From Promethearchaeota archaeon (GTDB lineage Archaea > Asgardarchaeota > Thorarchaeia > Thorarchaeales > Thorarchaeaceae), in NCBI GenBank assembly GCA_027031765.1, contig JALVPN010000077.1:8191-40190 (forward strand): a stretch of DNA of 32,000 nt, written 5' to 3'. The notes under the pieces were generated by a model. It ran no database searches. It was not told where the DNA came from and worked only from the letters and a program-made list of their open reading frames with translations. Made by a program: the position numbers and the translations under genes. Shown one piece after another: positions 24,299-32,000 of this stretch (the stretch's first letter is position 1; each line of letters opens with the position of its first letter).

Positions 24299-26378
24299 CC
24301 CCATGGGGTACGGGCCTGTAGTCTGCCGACCGGGCCCCCCAAGTGGCCCACCCCGATGTCGATGTGCGGATCTCGGCCGCCAGGCCAAAGGACTCCCGCA
24401 CCGGTATCTCGGCGACGATCCGGTACAGCGTCCGCTCCGCATCGATAGCGAGCACCTCACCCTTTCTGCGTGCGAGGACGGATGTTAGTACTCCGACGTA
24501 CTCTTCCGGCGTGCTAATCTCAAGGTGCGCCCATGGCTCCATGAGCACCGGGTCACCGGTCACTATACTGGCCCTTGCCGCATCAATCAGTGGTTGGGTC
24601 ACCTCACGCCACGAGGTCTCAGGGCCCTGGTACCGGATGTCAGCCCTGCTGATGACGAGCGCCAGACGACGCATCCTCTCACCGGCCACAGGCCCATAGC
24701 GGATCACATTGCGGAACGCCTCACGCACCCACTCTGCAGCCTCAGACTCCGGGTCGACCGAGCCGGAAACGTCGAGCATGGTGCATGCAGTGTGTGGCTC
24801 ATGGTCAAGCAACGTGCCAGCAGTGTCCGGCCCTGACCCGGTGGGTGCTAACAGGGCCCGCACGGCAAACTCACTCACCTCCCCCCCACCGGCCACACAT
24901 ACCTCGCCGTCATGGGACAGCTGCTCCTTTAGGAGGACCATCGGCTTGCCAAGGACCACGTGGACACCCTGACGGGCGAGCTTCTCCACCGTGACCTCTA
25001 TGTGCAGCTCGCCAGCGCCAGAGAGCAACATCTCACCGGTCTCTGGGTTGACCTCGAACTGCAGTGCCGGGTCCGTCTTCACAAACTCACGTATTGGCCC
25101 CTCAATCCGCCCCAGGTCAGACAGCACCTTCGGCTCAATCGTGAACGTTACGACCGGTTCAGTGGGGTACCGCAGCTCGCTGATCGGGCACATATCATCG
25201 ACTGAGGGGTCGACAAGCGTGTCACCGGTTGCAATCCCCGTAACGCCCGTAAGGAAGGCCAGGTTGCCCGCAGGTACGGCAGGGAGTGACACCCGCGTCC
25301 GGGACATCCTGATACCGACCTGCAGGGTCTTGTCGGTACGGCCCGTGCGCACCACCCGGAGCGGGCGTCCACGTTCCAGAGTGCCTGAGAACACGCGGGC
25401 CACGGCCACAACCCCTGCGTGCCGGTCGGGTCTGGTCTCGCCGATGAGGAGGACACATGGTGCTGTAGGGTCGCATGACAACAGCCCCCTGCCGACATCA
25501 GACGACTGGTCACCGTCCCAAAAAGCAGGCACACGATAGCGCTGCGCCACCGTAGGGGGAGGGACCGTACGCACGAGGGCATTGAGGGCGGCACGGGCCA
25601 CCGGGTACTTGTCAGCAAGGGACATGTGCTGTCCTGTGGCGTATGCACCCACGACCTCGCTGACAATCTCCATGAAGGCGGTGGCAAGAGAGGCACGGTC
25701 GTGCTTACCACCAGCATGCCGGACGAGGTCTTCAAGTCCGACGCCCCACTTGTGCAGGGCCGACCCGATTACGAGCGACCCACGCAGGAATGAGACCTCC
25801 CACTGTCGGAGCAGGCTGTCGTCCAAGTACTTGCCAAGCATGGCGTTGAACTCACGGACGACCCTGTCGATTGAGGCAGCAACGCGTGGCGCGTCAAGAT
25901 GCTTCTCCCTACACAGACGGTCCACCTTGTTCACCATGAGCACCGGACGGACAAGCTCCTCCATGGCCTGCCGCGTAACGGTCTCCGTCTGCACCATGAT
26001 GCCCTCAATCACATCTACCACGATGAGTGCGCCGTCTGTCAACCGGAGGCTGCGGGTGACATGGCTCGAGAAGTCGATGTGACCGGGTGTGTCCACCAAG
26101 TGCACAAGGTGTTCTCTGCCCTCAAACTCATGCACCAGAGTGATGCCAGAGGCCTTTATTGTGATGCCCCGCTCCTGTTCGATACGGTCGTAGTCAAGGA
26201 GCCGTGCGGATGCTGCTACCTCCTGTGACAGCAGGCCGGAGGCTGCTATGAGCGAGTCAGTCAGGGTCGTCTTCCCATGGTCGATATGAGCAATCACAGT
26301 GCAGTTGCGGATCCGGTCGTGCTGTGATACAAGACCTGCCACTCTCTCGGTGACGAACTTCTTGTAGAGGTGCGACAC
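24288..26378 (-). CDS. Archaeal EF-2 paralog (aEF-2p-like) lacking the diphthamide His motif
   Basis: AHIDHGKTT, RGITI, DTPGHIDF, NKVD, GAGELHIE, LMEP, PVRESFG; domain IV loop reads DIRYQGPETSW with no HRG. Confidence 0.88.
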   Translation of the reverse strand: MSHLYKKFVTERVAGLVSQHDRIRNCTVIAHIDHGKTTLTDSLIAASGLLSQEVAASARLLDYDRIEQERGITIKASGITLVHEFEGREHLVHLVDTPGHIDFSSHVTRSLRLTDGALIVVDVIEGIMVQTETVTRQAMEELVRPVLMVNKVDRLCREKHLDAPRVAASIDRVVREFNAMLGKYLDDSLLRQWEVSFLRGSLVIGSALHKWGVGLEDLVRHAGGKHDRASLATAFMEIVSEVVGAYATGQHMSLADKYPVARAALNALVRTVPPPTVAQRYRVPAFWDGDQSSDVGRGLLSCDPTAPCVLLIGETRPDRHAGVVAVARVFSGTLERGRPLRVVRTGRTDKTLQVGIRMSRTRVSLPAVPAGNLAFLTGVTGIATGDTLVDPSVDDMCPISELRYPTEPVVTFTIEPKVLSDLGRIEGPIREFVKTDPALQFEVNPETGEMLLSGAGELHIEVTVEKLARQGVHVVLGKPMVLLKEQLSHDGEVCVAGGGEVSEFAVRALLAPTGSGPDTAGTLLDHEPHTACTMLDVSGSVDPESEAAEWVREAFRNVIRYGPVAGERMRRLALVISRADIRYQGPETSWREVTQPLIDAARASIVTGDPVLMEPWAHLEISTPEEYVGVLTSVLARRKGEVLAIDAERTLYRIVAEIPVRESFGLAAEIRTSTSGWATWGARSADYRPVPHGVSA

Positions 26379-26383
26379 CGAGG

Positions 26384-26974
26384 CTACCTCACCTTGAGCT
26401 CGTAGACCTCCAGCGGGACTGATGTCTCCTCAGAACACTCTGAGCACCTGAAGATGACAGCACTGTCTGTCCGACGCACCTCCTCACGCAGGGGGTGGCC
26501 ACACTTGCAGACGAACCCCACCAGCCTTGCAGGGTTACCCACAACAAGGCCGTGTGCCGGCACATCGCGTGTCACAACGGCGCCACTGCCGACCATACAG
26601 TACTCGCCGAGGACCGTGTTGCACACGATGACGGCATGTGCACCAATTGAGGCGCCACGCCTGACGAGCGTCTTGCCGACCTCCCAGTCCTGACTGAAAG
26701 CACGGGGGTACAGGTCATTGGTGAAGGTCATGTGTGGGCCGCAGAAGACATCGTCCTCGATGGTGACCCCATGGTAGACGGACACACCATTCTGTATCTT
26801 CACATTGTTGCCAATGACGACATCGGCGTCTATGTAGACACCCTTACCAATATTGCATCCCTCGCCAATCCTGGCGGCACTCCGCACATGGGCAAAGTGC
26901 CAGATCCTAGTACCCTTGCCAATCACGGCACCGTCGTCAACTACTGCCAGTGGGTGGACGAAGAAGTCGCTCAT
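26384..26974 (-). CDS. Hexapeptide-repeat N-acetyltransferase (WbpD/WlbB-like) with a C-terminal Zn-ribbon
   Basis: IG.GTRIWHFAHV, IGNNVKIQNGVSVY.GVTIEDDVFCGP..FTND..PR, VGNPAR..G.VCKCG...CSEC. Confidence 0.88.
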   Translation of the reverse strand: MSDFFVHPLAVVDDGAVIGKGTRIWHFAHVRSAARIGEGCNIGKGVYIDADVVIGNNVKIQNGVSVYHGVTIEDDVFCGPHMTFTNDLYPRAFSQDWEVGKTLVRRGASIGAHAVIVCNTVLGEYCMVGSGAVVTRDVPAHGLVVGNPARLVGFVCKCGHPLREEVRRTDSAVIFRCSECSEETSVPLEVYELKVR

Positions 26975-27009
26975 CTTGTTTCACAGCGACGGGAGGGGTG
27001 TTTCACGAG

Positions 27010-27615
27010 TTAACTCTTTCCCCGCCGGTCGCGCTCGGTGTCCGACAGCCACAGGGAACCACAGTAGAGATGAGTGCCCGGACATGCAACGCACTTCTCC
27101 TGGGCGAACCGCCGGCATGTCTTACAGTCGAACCCACATGGCGCCGTCGAGTCGGCGCTCTTCTCAGGGGCCAGGTCGATTGGCAGGAAGGTGGGTACCA
27201 CAGGGGCATTACCGAACCACGCCTCTGAACGACGGACTCCCTCCTCAACTCTGAGGCTACACGTGCCAAGGATGGACTCCAGTGACACCATGTCCTCAGC
27301 AACTATCACTGCGAAGAGGTTGTACCGTCCGGTGACCGGTGCCAGCATGATGAGACGCGGACAGTGCCGGTACTTCTCAACAATGCGATGGGTCACCTCC
27401 ATGTTCTCGGTCTCGATTGCAAGGAACACAATCTTGGCATCAATCGCATCACCATTGACAGCTGCAGTGACCCGCAACAGGTTGGACTCGCGGAGCTTGT
27501 CCAGCCGCTTGCTCACAGCTACATGCGACATACCGAGCTCCCGCCCAATCGTCGTGAGGCGCTCCCGCCCGTTTGCCATGAGGATGGATATCAGTCGTTT
27601 GTCAATGCCGTCCAA
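27010..27615 (-). CDS. Lrp/AsnC-family transcription regulator with a Cys-rich C-terminal extension
   Basis: DGIDKRLISIL..NGR..L..IGRELGMSHVAV..RL..L HTH; RAM domain (VTGRYNL); tail CGFDCKTC.......CVACP; GGAGTG ribosome-binding site before TTG. Confidence 0.88.
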   Translation of the reverse strand: MDGIDKRLISILMANGRERLTTIGRELGMSHVAVSKRLDKLRESNLLRVTAAVNGDAIDAKIVFLAIETENMEVTHRIVEKYRHCPRLIMLAPVTGRYNLFAVIVAEDMVSLESILGTCSLRVEEGVRRSEAWFGNAPVVPTFLPIDLAPEKSADSTAPCGFDCKTCRRFAQEKCVACPGTHLYCGSLWLSDTERDRRGKS

Positions 27616-27656
27616 TCAAGACCACTCCACTGGAGGTTACGACGAGAAACTTACGT

Positions 27657-27689
27657 CCCCGGAGGGGTTAAAAATGCTCCCCAAAGGGG
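27657..27689 (-). promoter_or_regulatory. Putative lrp TATA box flanked by two CCCC-N3-GGGG palindromes
   Basis: CCCC-GGA-GGGG (27657-27667), TTAAAAAT (27668-27675; ATTTTTAA on the minus strand), CCCC-AAA-GGGG (27679-27689). Confidence 0.5.
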
Positions 27690-27691
27690 GG

Positions 27692-28315
27692 TCAGACGGA
27701 GGCCGCCGCAGGCCAGTCGTGTTCGTAGATGTGGGCGTTCACAGACAGGGTCGTGATACTGCGTGGCGGTACTCCAATGCACCCGGAAACGTGCGAGAGC
27801 AGTTCGCCGAGGGCATACATGTTGGCCGGCCATGCACCATACATGTCGTTGGAACGTATCATGACCGAGAGGTCAAGGGCACCCTCATGCAGCATGAAGA
27901 CAAAGTGGTTGAGGCATGGGACCTCATCACTGACGGTGTCGCGGCGTGGATCCCAAGTGGTGGCCACTGCACGACGACTGTTCGGCTCCGCACGTAGCTT
28001 CTCGATGATATATGAGACCTGGTCTATACGTTCGGATCCCCAGGCGTTCAGGCGCTCGCCATAGGTGTACTCAAAGTCAAGACGGTCGGGGCTCAGGAGC
28101 TGAGTTGCGTAGCGTTCGTGGAGTACGGACTCGCTGAACGGGTACAGGGGGCTCACACGTTCGACGAGGGGCTCTTGGACATGGACCATGACGTTGTCTA
28201 GCCAGCGCGTCTTGAGACCGCGTTCGTCCACACGGGTCTTGCCCTCACACATTATCTTTCGCACAACGCGGGTCCACGCATCAACAGGGTTCCGGGCACG
28301 GATGTACAGCGGCAA
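27692..28315 (-). CDS. thyA: Thymidylate synthase, short archaeal type
   Basis: F.YTYGERL, DQV.YII.KL...P.SRRAV...W, catalytic VPCL, IRSNDMYGAWPAN, NAHIY. Start moved to TTG 28315 (GAGGTG ribosome-binding site 6 nt upstream). Confidence 0.88.
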   Translation of the reverse strand: MPLYIRARNPVDAWTRVVRKIMCEGKTRVDERGLKTRWLDNVMVHVQEPLVERVSPLYPFSESVLHERYATQLLSPDRLDFEYTYGERLNAWGSERIDQVSYIIEKLRAEPNSRRAVATTWDPRRDTVSDEVPCLNHFVFMLHEGALDLSVMIRSNDMYGAWPANMYALGELLSHVSGCIGVPPRSITTLSVNAHIYEHDWPAAASV

Positions 28316-28747
28316 CAGCACCACCTCTGCGAGAGCGTCCGACCAGCGGGACCGAGTGACGGCTTCTCGACACACTGTTGGGCGTACAAGTGTGCTGCAC
28401 ATACTGTTGGGCGCTCTCGCTTCTATGAGGCCACGGACGGACGTATTTAAGGTTAGACAAGACAGACGGATGACTGTGGTCTGTCGTCGGCCGAGCATCG
28501 GGGGGTCATGTGGCCTTTAAGAGGGACTGTGTAGGATAACTGCTGTGGCCCCCATCTCATCGACCATACGTATTAGCGGCACCACGCATCAGATGTGGGA
28601 TGACAGAATGGATGGAAATGGTGACGACCACCATGTATCATGGCACGGGATGTCGTGTCAAAGTGACGGCAGACTGTGGCCCACGCCCGGGAGGGCCCCA
28701 GGGGCATCTGGAGGCCGTTCCATGCAGGTGTCTCATAGACAAAACGC

Positions 28748-28754
28748 TTTTATT
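28748..28754 (+). promoter_or_regulatory. Putative TATA box for the glutaredoxin-nrdD operon
   Basis: AAAACGC-TTTTATT, about 90 nt before the glutaredoxin start. Confidence 0.45.
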
Positions 28755-28842
28755 GCCGGTCACGAGAGGTAGTCCGCGTGCCTGTCGTCGGCAGAAACGG
28801 CAGGTGTCAGATGAGCCGGGAGGACTGTACTCGCCGTTGACG

Positions 28843-29112
28843 ATGCTCTACGTCATAACTCAGGAGCAGTGCCCAAACTGTCCCGCTGCAAAGGCAGTGG
28901 TGGAGGAGGCACTGGCCGGTACAGGGATTCCTGTACGAATAGTGGACCTCAAGGAGATGGATTCAGACTTTGAGTTCACACTCCTCGAACACCAGGTCTT
29001 CATTGCCGCGACCCCGAGCATCATTATTGAGGACAACGGCTCACTGAGGCTCCTCAGCAGCGGGGCTGTGCCCACAACCGAGGAGGTCCGCAATGCCGTC
29101 GGAGTGGAGTGA
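28843..29112 (+). CDS. Glutaredoxin/NrdH-like thioredoxin-fold protein (CPNC)
   Basis: LYVITQEQCPNCPAAK, ATPSIII; ends 6 nt before nrdD. Start is ATG 28843 or TTG 28837; the longer track ORF spans the putative promoter. Confidence 0.82.
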   Translation: MLYVITQEQCPNCPAAKAVVEEALAGTGIPVRIVDLKEMDSDFEFTLLEHQVFIAATPSIIIEDNGSLRLLSSGAVPTTEEVRNAVGVE

Positions 29113-29118
29113 TACAAG

Positions 29119-31266
29119 ATGACCGAGATATACGCATCAATCCCTGATAGTTTCATGGGAATAGCACGCCGTGAGAAGAAGCTCCCGCGGGTAAGGACAA
29201 CACGAGGGACACTGGAGCCCTTTAGGGCCGAGAAGATAATGGAGAGCCTCACCCGTGAGGCGGGCCTCACAAGGGCTGACGCCGAGCTGGTGGCCGTCAG
29301 GGTCATGGACAGGATTGCCTCGTCAGGCATCAAGTTCCTCTCAGGCCCGCTCATCAGGGAGATGTGCAACAGCGTCCTTGCCGAGATGGGCCTTGAGAGG
29401 GAACGGATGATGTACACCAGAGTGGGTGTACCAATGTACGACCTGAACCTCCTCATCAGGAGCCCTGCCGACCACACGTCCAATGCGAACCTCATGCGGA
29501 ACCCAGAGACCATCGCAAAACTGGTACACGACCAGGTCATGGAACAACACACGTACCTGATCCTGCCCACACGGCTGGCAGACGCACACATGCGTGGTGA
29601 CATCTACGTCAAGGACAGGGAGTACTTCTCGACCCGGGACTACTGTGCCACATGGGATCTCAGACAGGTGCTGCTCCTCGGCATTGCCCCTGACGGGCTG
29701 GGTGGCATGCACTCAAGTGCTGCGGGCCCTGCCAAGCACCTCACGGTGGCCGTCAACCATGCAGCAATATGGCTGGCAGCAGCCCAGAGCTCGTTCGCTG
29801 GTGGTCAGGGCTTCTTCTACTTCAACACTTTCCTGGCACCGTTCCTGCGGGGACTGCCCTACGAGGCTGCGCGACAGGCCGCACAGCAGCTTATCTTCAC
29901 GCTCACGCAACAGTACGTGGCCCGTGGTGGGCAGGTAATCTTCTCCAGCGTCGACCTGACACCGGGCATCCCACGGATAATGAGGGACGTGCCTGCTGTC
30001 CTGCCCGGTGGCCGGGTCGGCAGTGACACCTACGGTGACTTCGAGGAGGAGGCACAGCGGTTCTTCAATGCCTTCATGGAGGTCATGATTGAGGGCGACG
30101 CGAAGGGCAAGGGGTTCAGCTTCCCGAAGCCGAACATCGTGCTGAGGGAGGAGTTCATGGGCCCGGAGTTCGACGAGTCGTGGCACCTCGTGGCCGAACT
30201 GACCGCAAAGTACGGGGCGCCCTACTTTGAGAACTACCTGAACTGGCGGTCGTCCATCGAGGCCGGCTGTAGCAGCTGCTGTTCCCACCTCTGGACCGCT
30301 AGCAGTGAGGAGGAGCTGGAGGAGTTCCTCTCCGGGAACATGGTCTTTGGTGCCTCCCAGATGGTGACCCCCAACTTTGGCCGTGCGGCGTGGCTCGGCC
30401 GTGCTGACGAGGACAGGTTCTTTGAGAAACTCGACCACTTCTTGGAACTGTCAAAGGAGGTCATCCTTGAGAAGAAACGGCTGATGGACGAGCTCATCGA
30501 GAGTGGCAGTGTGCCGTTCTACACGCAGCCGAAGCCCAACGGCGAGCCACTGATTGATATGAGCAGGCGGGAGTTCCTCATCGGTACGGTGGGCTTCAAC
30601 GAGATGACCGAGATACTGACGGGGTGCCCGCTCCACGAGCGTGAGGGCGCACGTTTTGCGGTCAGGGTGCTCAAACACCTGAAAGCACGGGCCGCAGAGT
30701 TCGAGGAGGAGACCGGCCTCCGGTTCGGCATCACAAGGACACCGGCCGAGAGCGCTGCTGGACGCCTCGCAGCAAAGGACTACCGTGCATACCCTGGCAT
30801 CCGGAAGTACCTGAAGGGGCAGGCACCCAACGTCTACTACACGAACAGTACGACCCTCTACGTGGGTGCCGACCTGCCACTGAGCGAGCGCATCCGCAAG
30901 GAGGGGATGTTCCACCCGTACCTGGACGGCGGGGCCCTCACACATGTGTACCTCGGTGAGGCACACCCAGACCCGGACGCACTGTGGGCACTGACGAGAA
31001 AGATTGCGACCTCGACGCTGAACGCCTACTTTGCCTTCACGAAGGACGTGATGCACTGCCCCAAGTGTTCCTACCAGTCCGGTATCGACTGGCGGACCGC
31101 AAGGTTCACCTCCACTGACGATGTGGACAGAATAGTCTGTCCGAGGTGTGGCCACGTGGGCGTGGAGGTCTTCTCAAGGATTACCGGGTATGTCCAGGCA
31201 TACTCCTCTTGGAACCCGGCCAAGAAGCAGGAGTTCCTCGACAGGCACAGGTACGTGCTCCAGTGA
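29119..31266 (+). CDS. nrdD: Class III (anaerobic) ribonucleoside-triphosphate reductase with N-terminal ATP-cone
   Basis: ATP-cone (EPFRAEKIMESL.RE...SGPLIRE..NSVL), AGPAKHL, SSFAGGQG, FPKP, TPAES, YYTNS, GGA.TH, Zn site CPKC...CPRC, glycyl-radical loop SRITGY. Confidence 0.94.
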   Translation: MTEIYASIPDSFMGIARREKKLPRVRTTRGTLEPFRAEKIMESLTREAGLTRADAELVAVRVMDRIASSGIKFLSGPLIREMCNSVLAEMGLERERMMYTRVGVPMYDLNLLIRSPADHTSNANLMRNPETIAKLVHDQVMEQHTYLILPTRLADAHMRGDIYVKDREYFSTRDYCATWDLRQVLLLGIAPDGLGGMHSSAAGPAKHLTVAVNHAAIWLAAAQSSFAGGQGFFYFNTFLAPFLRGLPYEAARQAAQQLIFTLTQQYVARGGQVIFSSVDLTPGIPRIMRDVPAVLPGGRVGSDTYGDFEEEAQRFFNAFMEVMIEGDAKGKGFSFPKPNIVLREEFMGPEFDESWHLVAELTAKYGAPYFENYLNWRSSIEAGCSSCCSHLWTASSEEELEEFLSGNMVFGASQMVTPNFGRAAWLGRADEDRFFEKLDHFLELSKEVILEKKRLMDELIESGSVPFYTQPKPNGEPLIDMSRREFLIGTVGFNEMTEILTGCPLHEREGARFAVRVLKHLKARAAEFEEETGLRFGITRTPAESAAGRLAAKDYRAYPGIRKYLKGQAPNVYYTNSTTLYVGADLPLSERIRKEGMFHPYLDGGALTHVYLGEAHPDPDALWALTRKIATSTLNAYFAFTKDVMHCPKCSYQSGIDWRTARFTSTDDVDRIVCPRCGHVGVEVFSRITGYVQAYSSWNPAKKQEFLDRHRYVLQ

Positions 31267-31615
31267 ACGGCAGACCAGCACACGACCCCCTGAACACACC
31301 TGCAGCGCCCCAGTGTGCAGGGGCTCCCCTTCACACCTGTCCAAGGGCTGTCTGACTGGGCCAAGACACTGCAACACACCTTGCGGCCATGACTACAAAG
31401 GGGTCTCGACCCGACAGTCAGGTGGTGCATCCGGCCCACCATCCATACCGTGTCTGTAGGCATCCAGTCAGTCTCGTCTCACGGGAACACTGCACCCGGG
31501 CTGTCGTATTGAGAGGAGCTGCGTACTGCTCCACTGACCAGAGTCCAGTCGGGTCTGTTCGTCAGCCATCATGTCGAGAGTACCGGGCACCAGTGTGATG
31601 GCACGGCGCGGTCAG

Positions 31616-32000
31616 CTACAGGGTGGACACCGAGTCTACGCACTCCTCAATCCTGTCGTATATACGCTCAAGCAGGGTACAGGTACCCCTCTCGACTATC
31701 TCCTGGACGAGGGATGCCTGGTACACGTCAATCCCCAGCCGGTCGGCAAGTGTGCCGTCTTCGCAGAGGACGCGGATGTCCGTCTGGCACCCGTCCACAG
31801 CTCTTGCAGTGTCACGGAGCGGCTCGGCCCTGTACCATGGCTGACCGAGAGTCCACACCATCCTGTAGACGATTTCGGAGAGCACACTGAGGACAACGTG
31901 GTTGGACTCGGGCTCGTATGGCCTCCGGTGCCTGACGGACACATCCCGGATACCGTGTTGCTGACAGATTGCGTAGCCCTGAAGGCCAATGTTGACGGGG
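31616..32000 (-). CDS. Hypothetical protein, 3' part (frame open to the window edge)
   Basis: The frame of track ORF 31616-31942 continues without a stop to the window end (PVNIGLQGYAICQQHGIRDV...). No family recognised. Confidence 0.5.
   Translation of the reverse strand, partial: PVNIGLQGYAICQQHGIRDVSVRHRRPYEPESNHVVLSVLSEIVYRMVWTLGQPWYRAEPLRDTARAVDGCQTDIRVLCEDGTLADRLGIDVYQASLVQEIVERGTCTLLERIYDRIEECVDSVSTL

Noticed and set aside
28316-28842. N-terminal extensions of ThyA (to 28498) and glutaredoxin (from 28600), and ORF 28545-28772
   Set aside because: They cover candidate promoters and lack family similarity; better starts with RBS or motif support exist downstream.
12419-31266. Inteins or introns in PolB2, EF-2, KaiC or NrdD
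   Set aside because: Protein lengths are ordinary and I saw no splicing motifs or homing-endonuclease insertions.
31267-31615. Possible ncRNA or terminator after nrdD
   Set aside because: No convincing stem-loop, T-tract or tRNA-like structure recognised by eye.
726-31989. The many overlapping alternative-frame and antisense ORFs in the track (e.g. 4192-5001, 5204-6358, 20724-21794, 28860-29603)
   Set aside because: They are shadows of well-supported genes in GC-rich DNA, with no recognisable motifs or ribosome-binding sites.

Overview
GC-rich archaeal chromosomal window, inferred from gene content alone to be Asgard, probably Thorarchaeia-like. The evidence is two Rab-like GTPases, a roadblock protein, a divergent EF-2 paralog, archaeosine TGT, cofE, mtrA/mtrH and TATA-type promoters. 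Left to right: 3' part of an ABC ATPase; tgtA; hflX; a co-oriented C1/cofactor cluster (metV-metF-mtrH-like-mtrA-mtrH-methanogenesis marker 14-cofE-larC); PolB2 with its small partner gene; a eukaryotic-signature block (Rab-like GTPase, HEAT + appendage-like protein, WD40 propeller, second Rab-like GTPase, roadblock/LC7); a thioredoxin(KaiB-like)-kaiC-kaiC operon; a large helical-repeat protein; a minus-strand lrp/acetyltransferase/EF-2-paralog run; thyA divergent from glutaredoxin-nrdD; and a truncated hypothetical gene. I recognised no rRNA, tRNA, CRISPR array or mobile element. Best candidates for new biology: (1) a 'mini coat adaptor' (HEAT + beta-COP/adaptin-like ear) clustered with WD40, Rab and roadblock genes; (2) a soluble MtrA carrying an MtrB-like tail between two different MtrH paralogs and next to marker protein 14; (3) a CxxC thioredoxin with KaiB-like sequence, translationally coupled to a KaiC pair. 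All family assignments are by motif recognition from memory; no database search was run.
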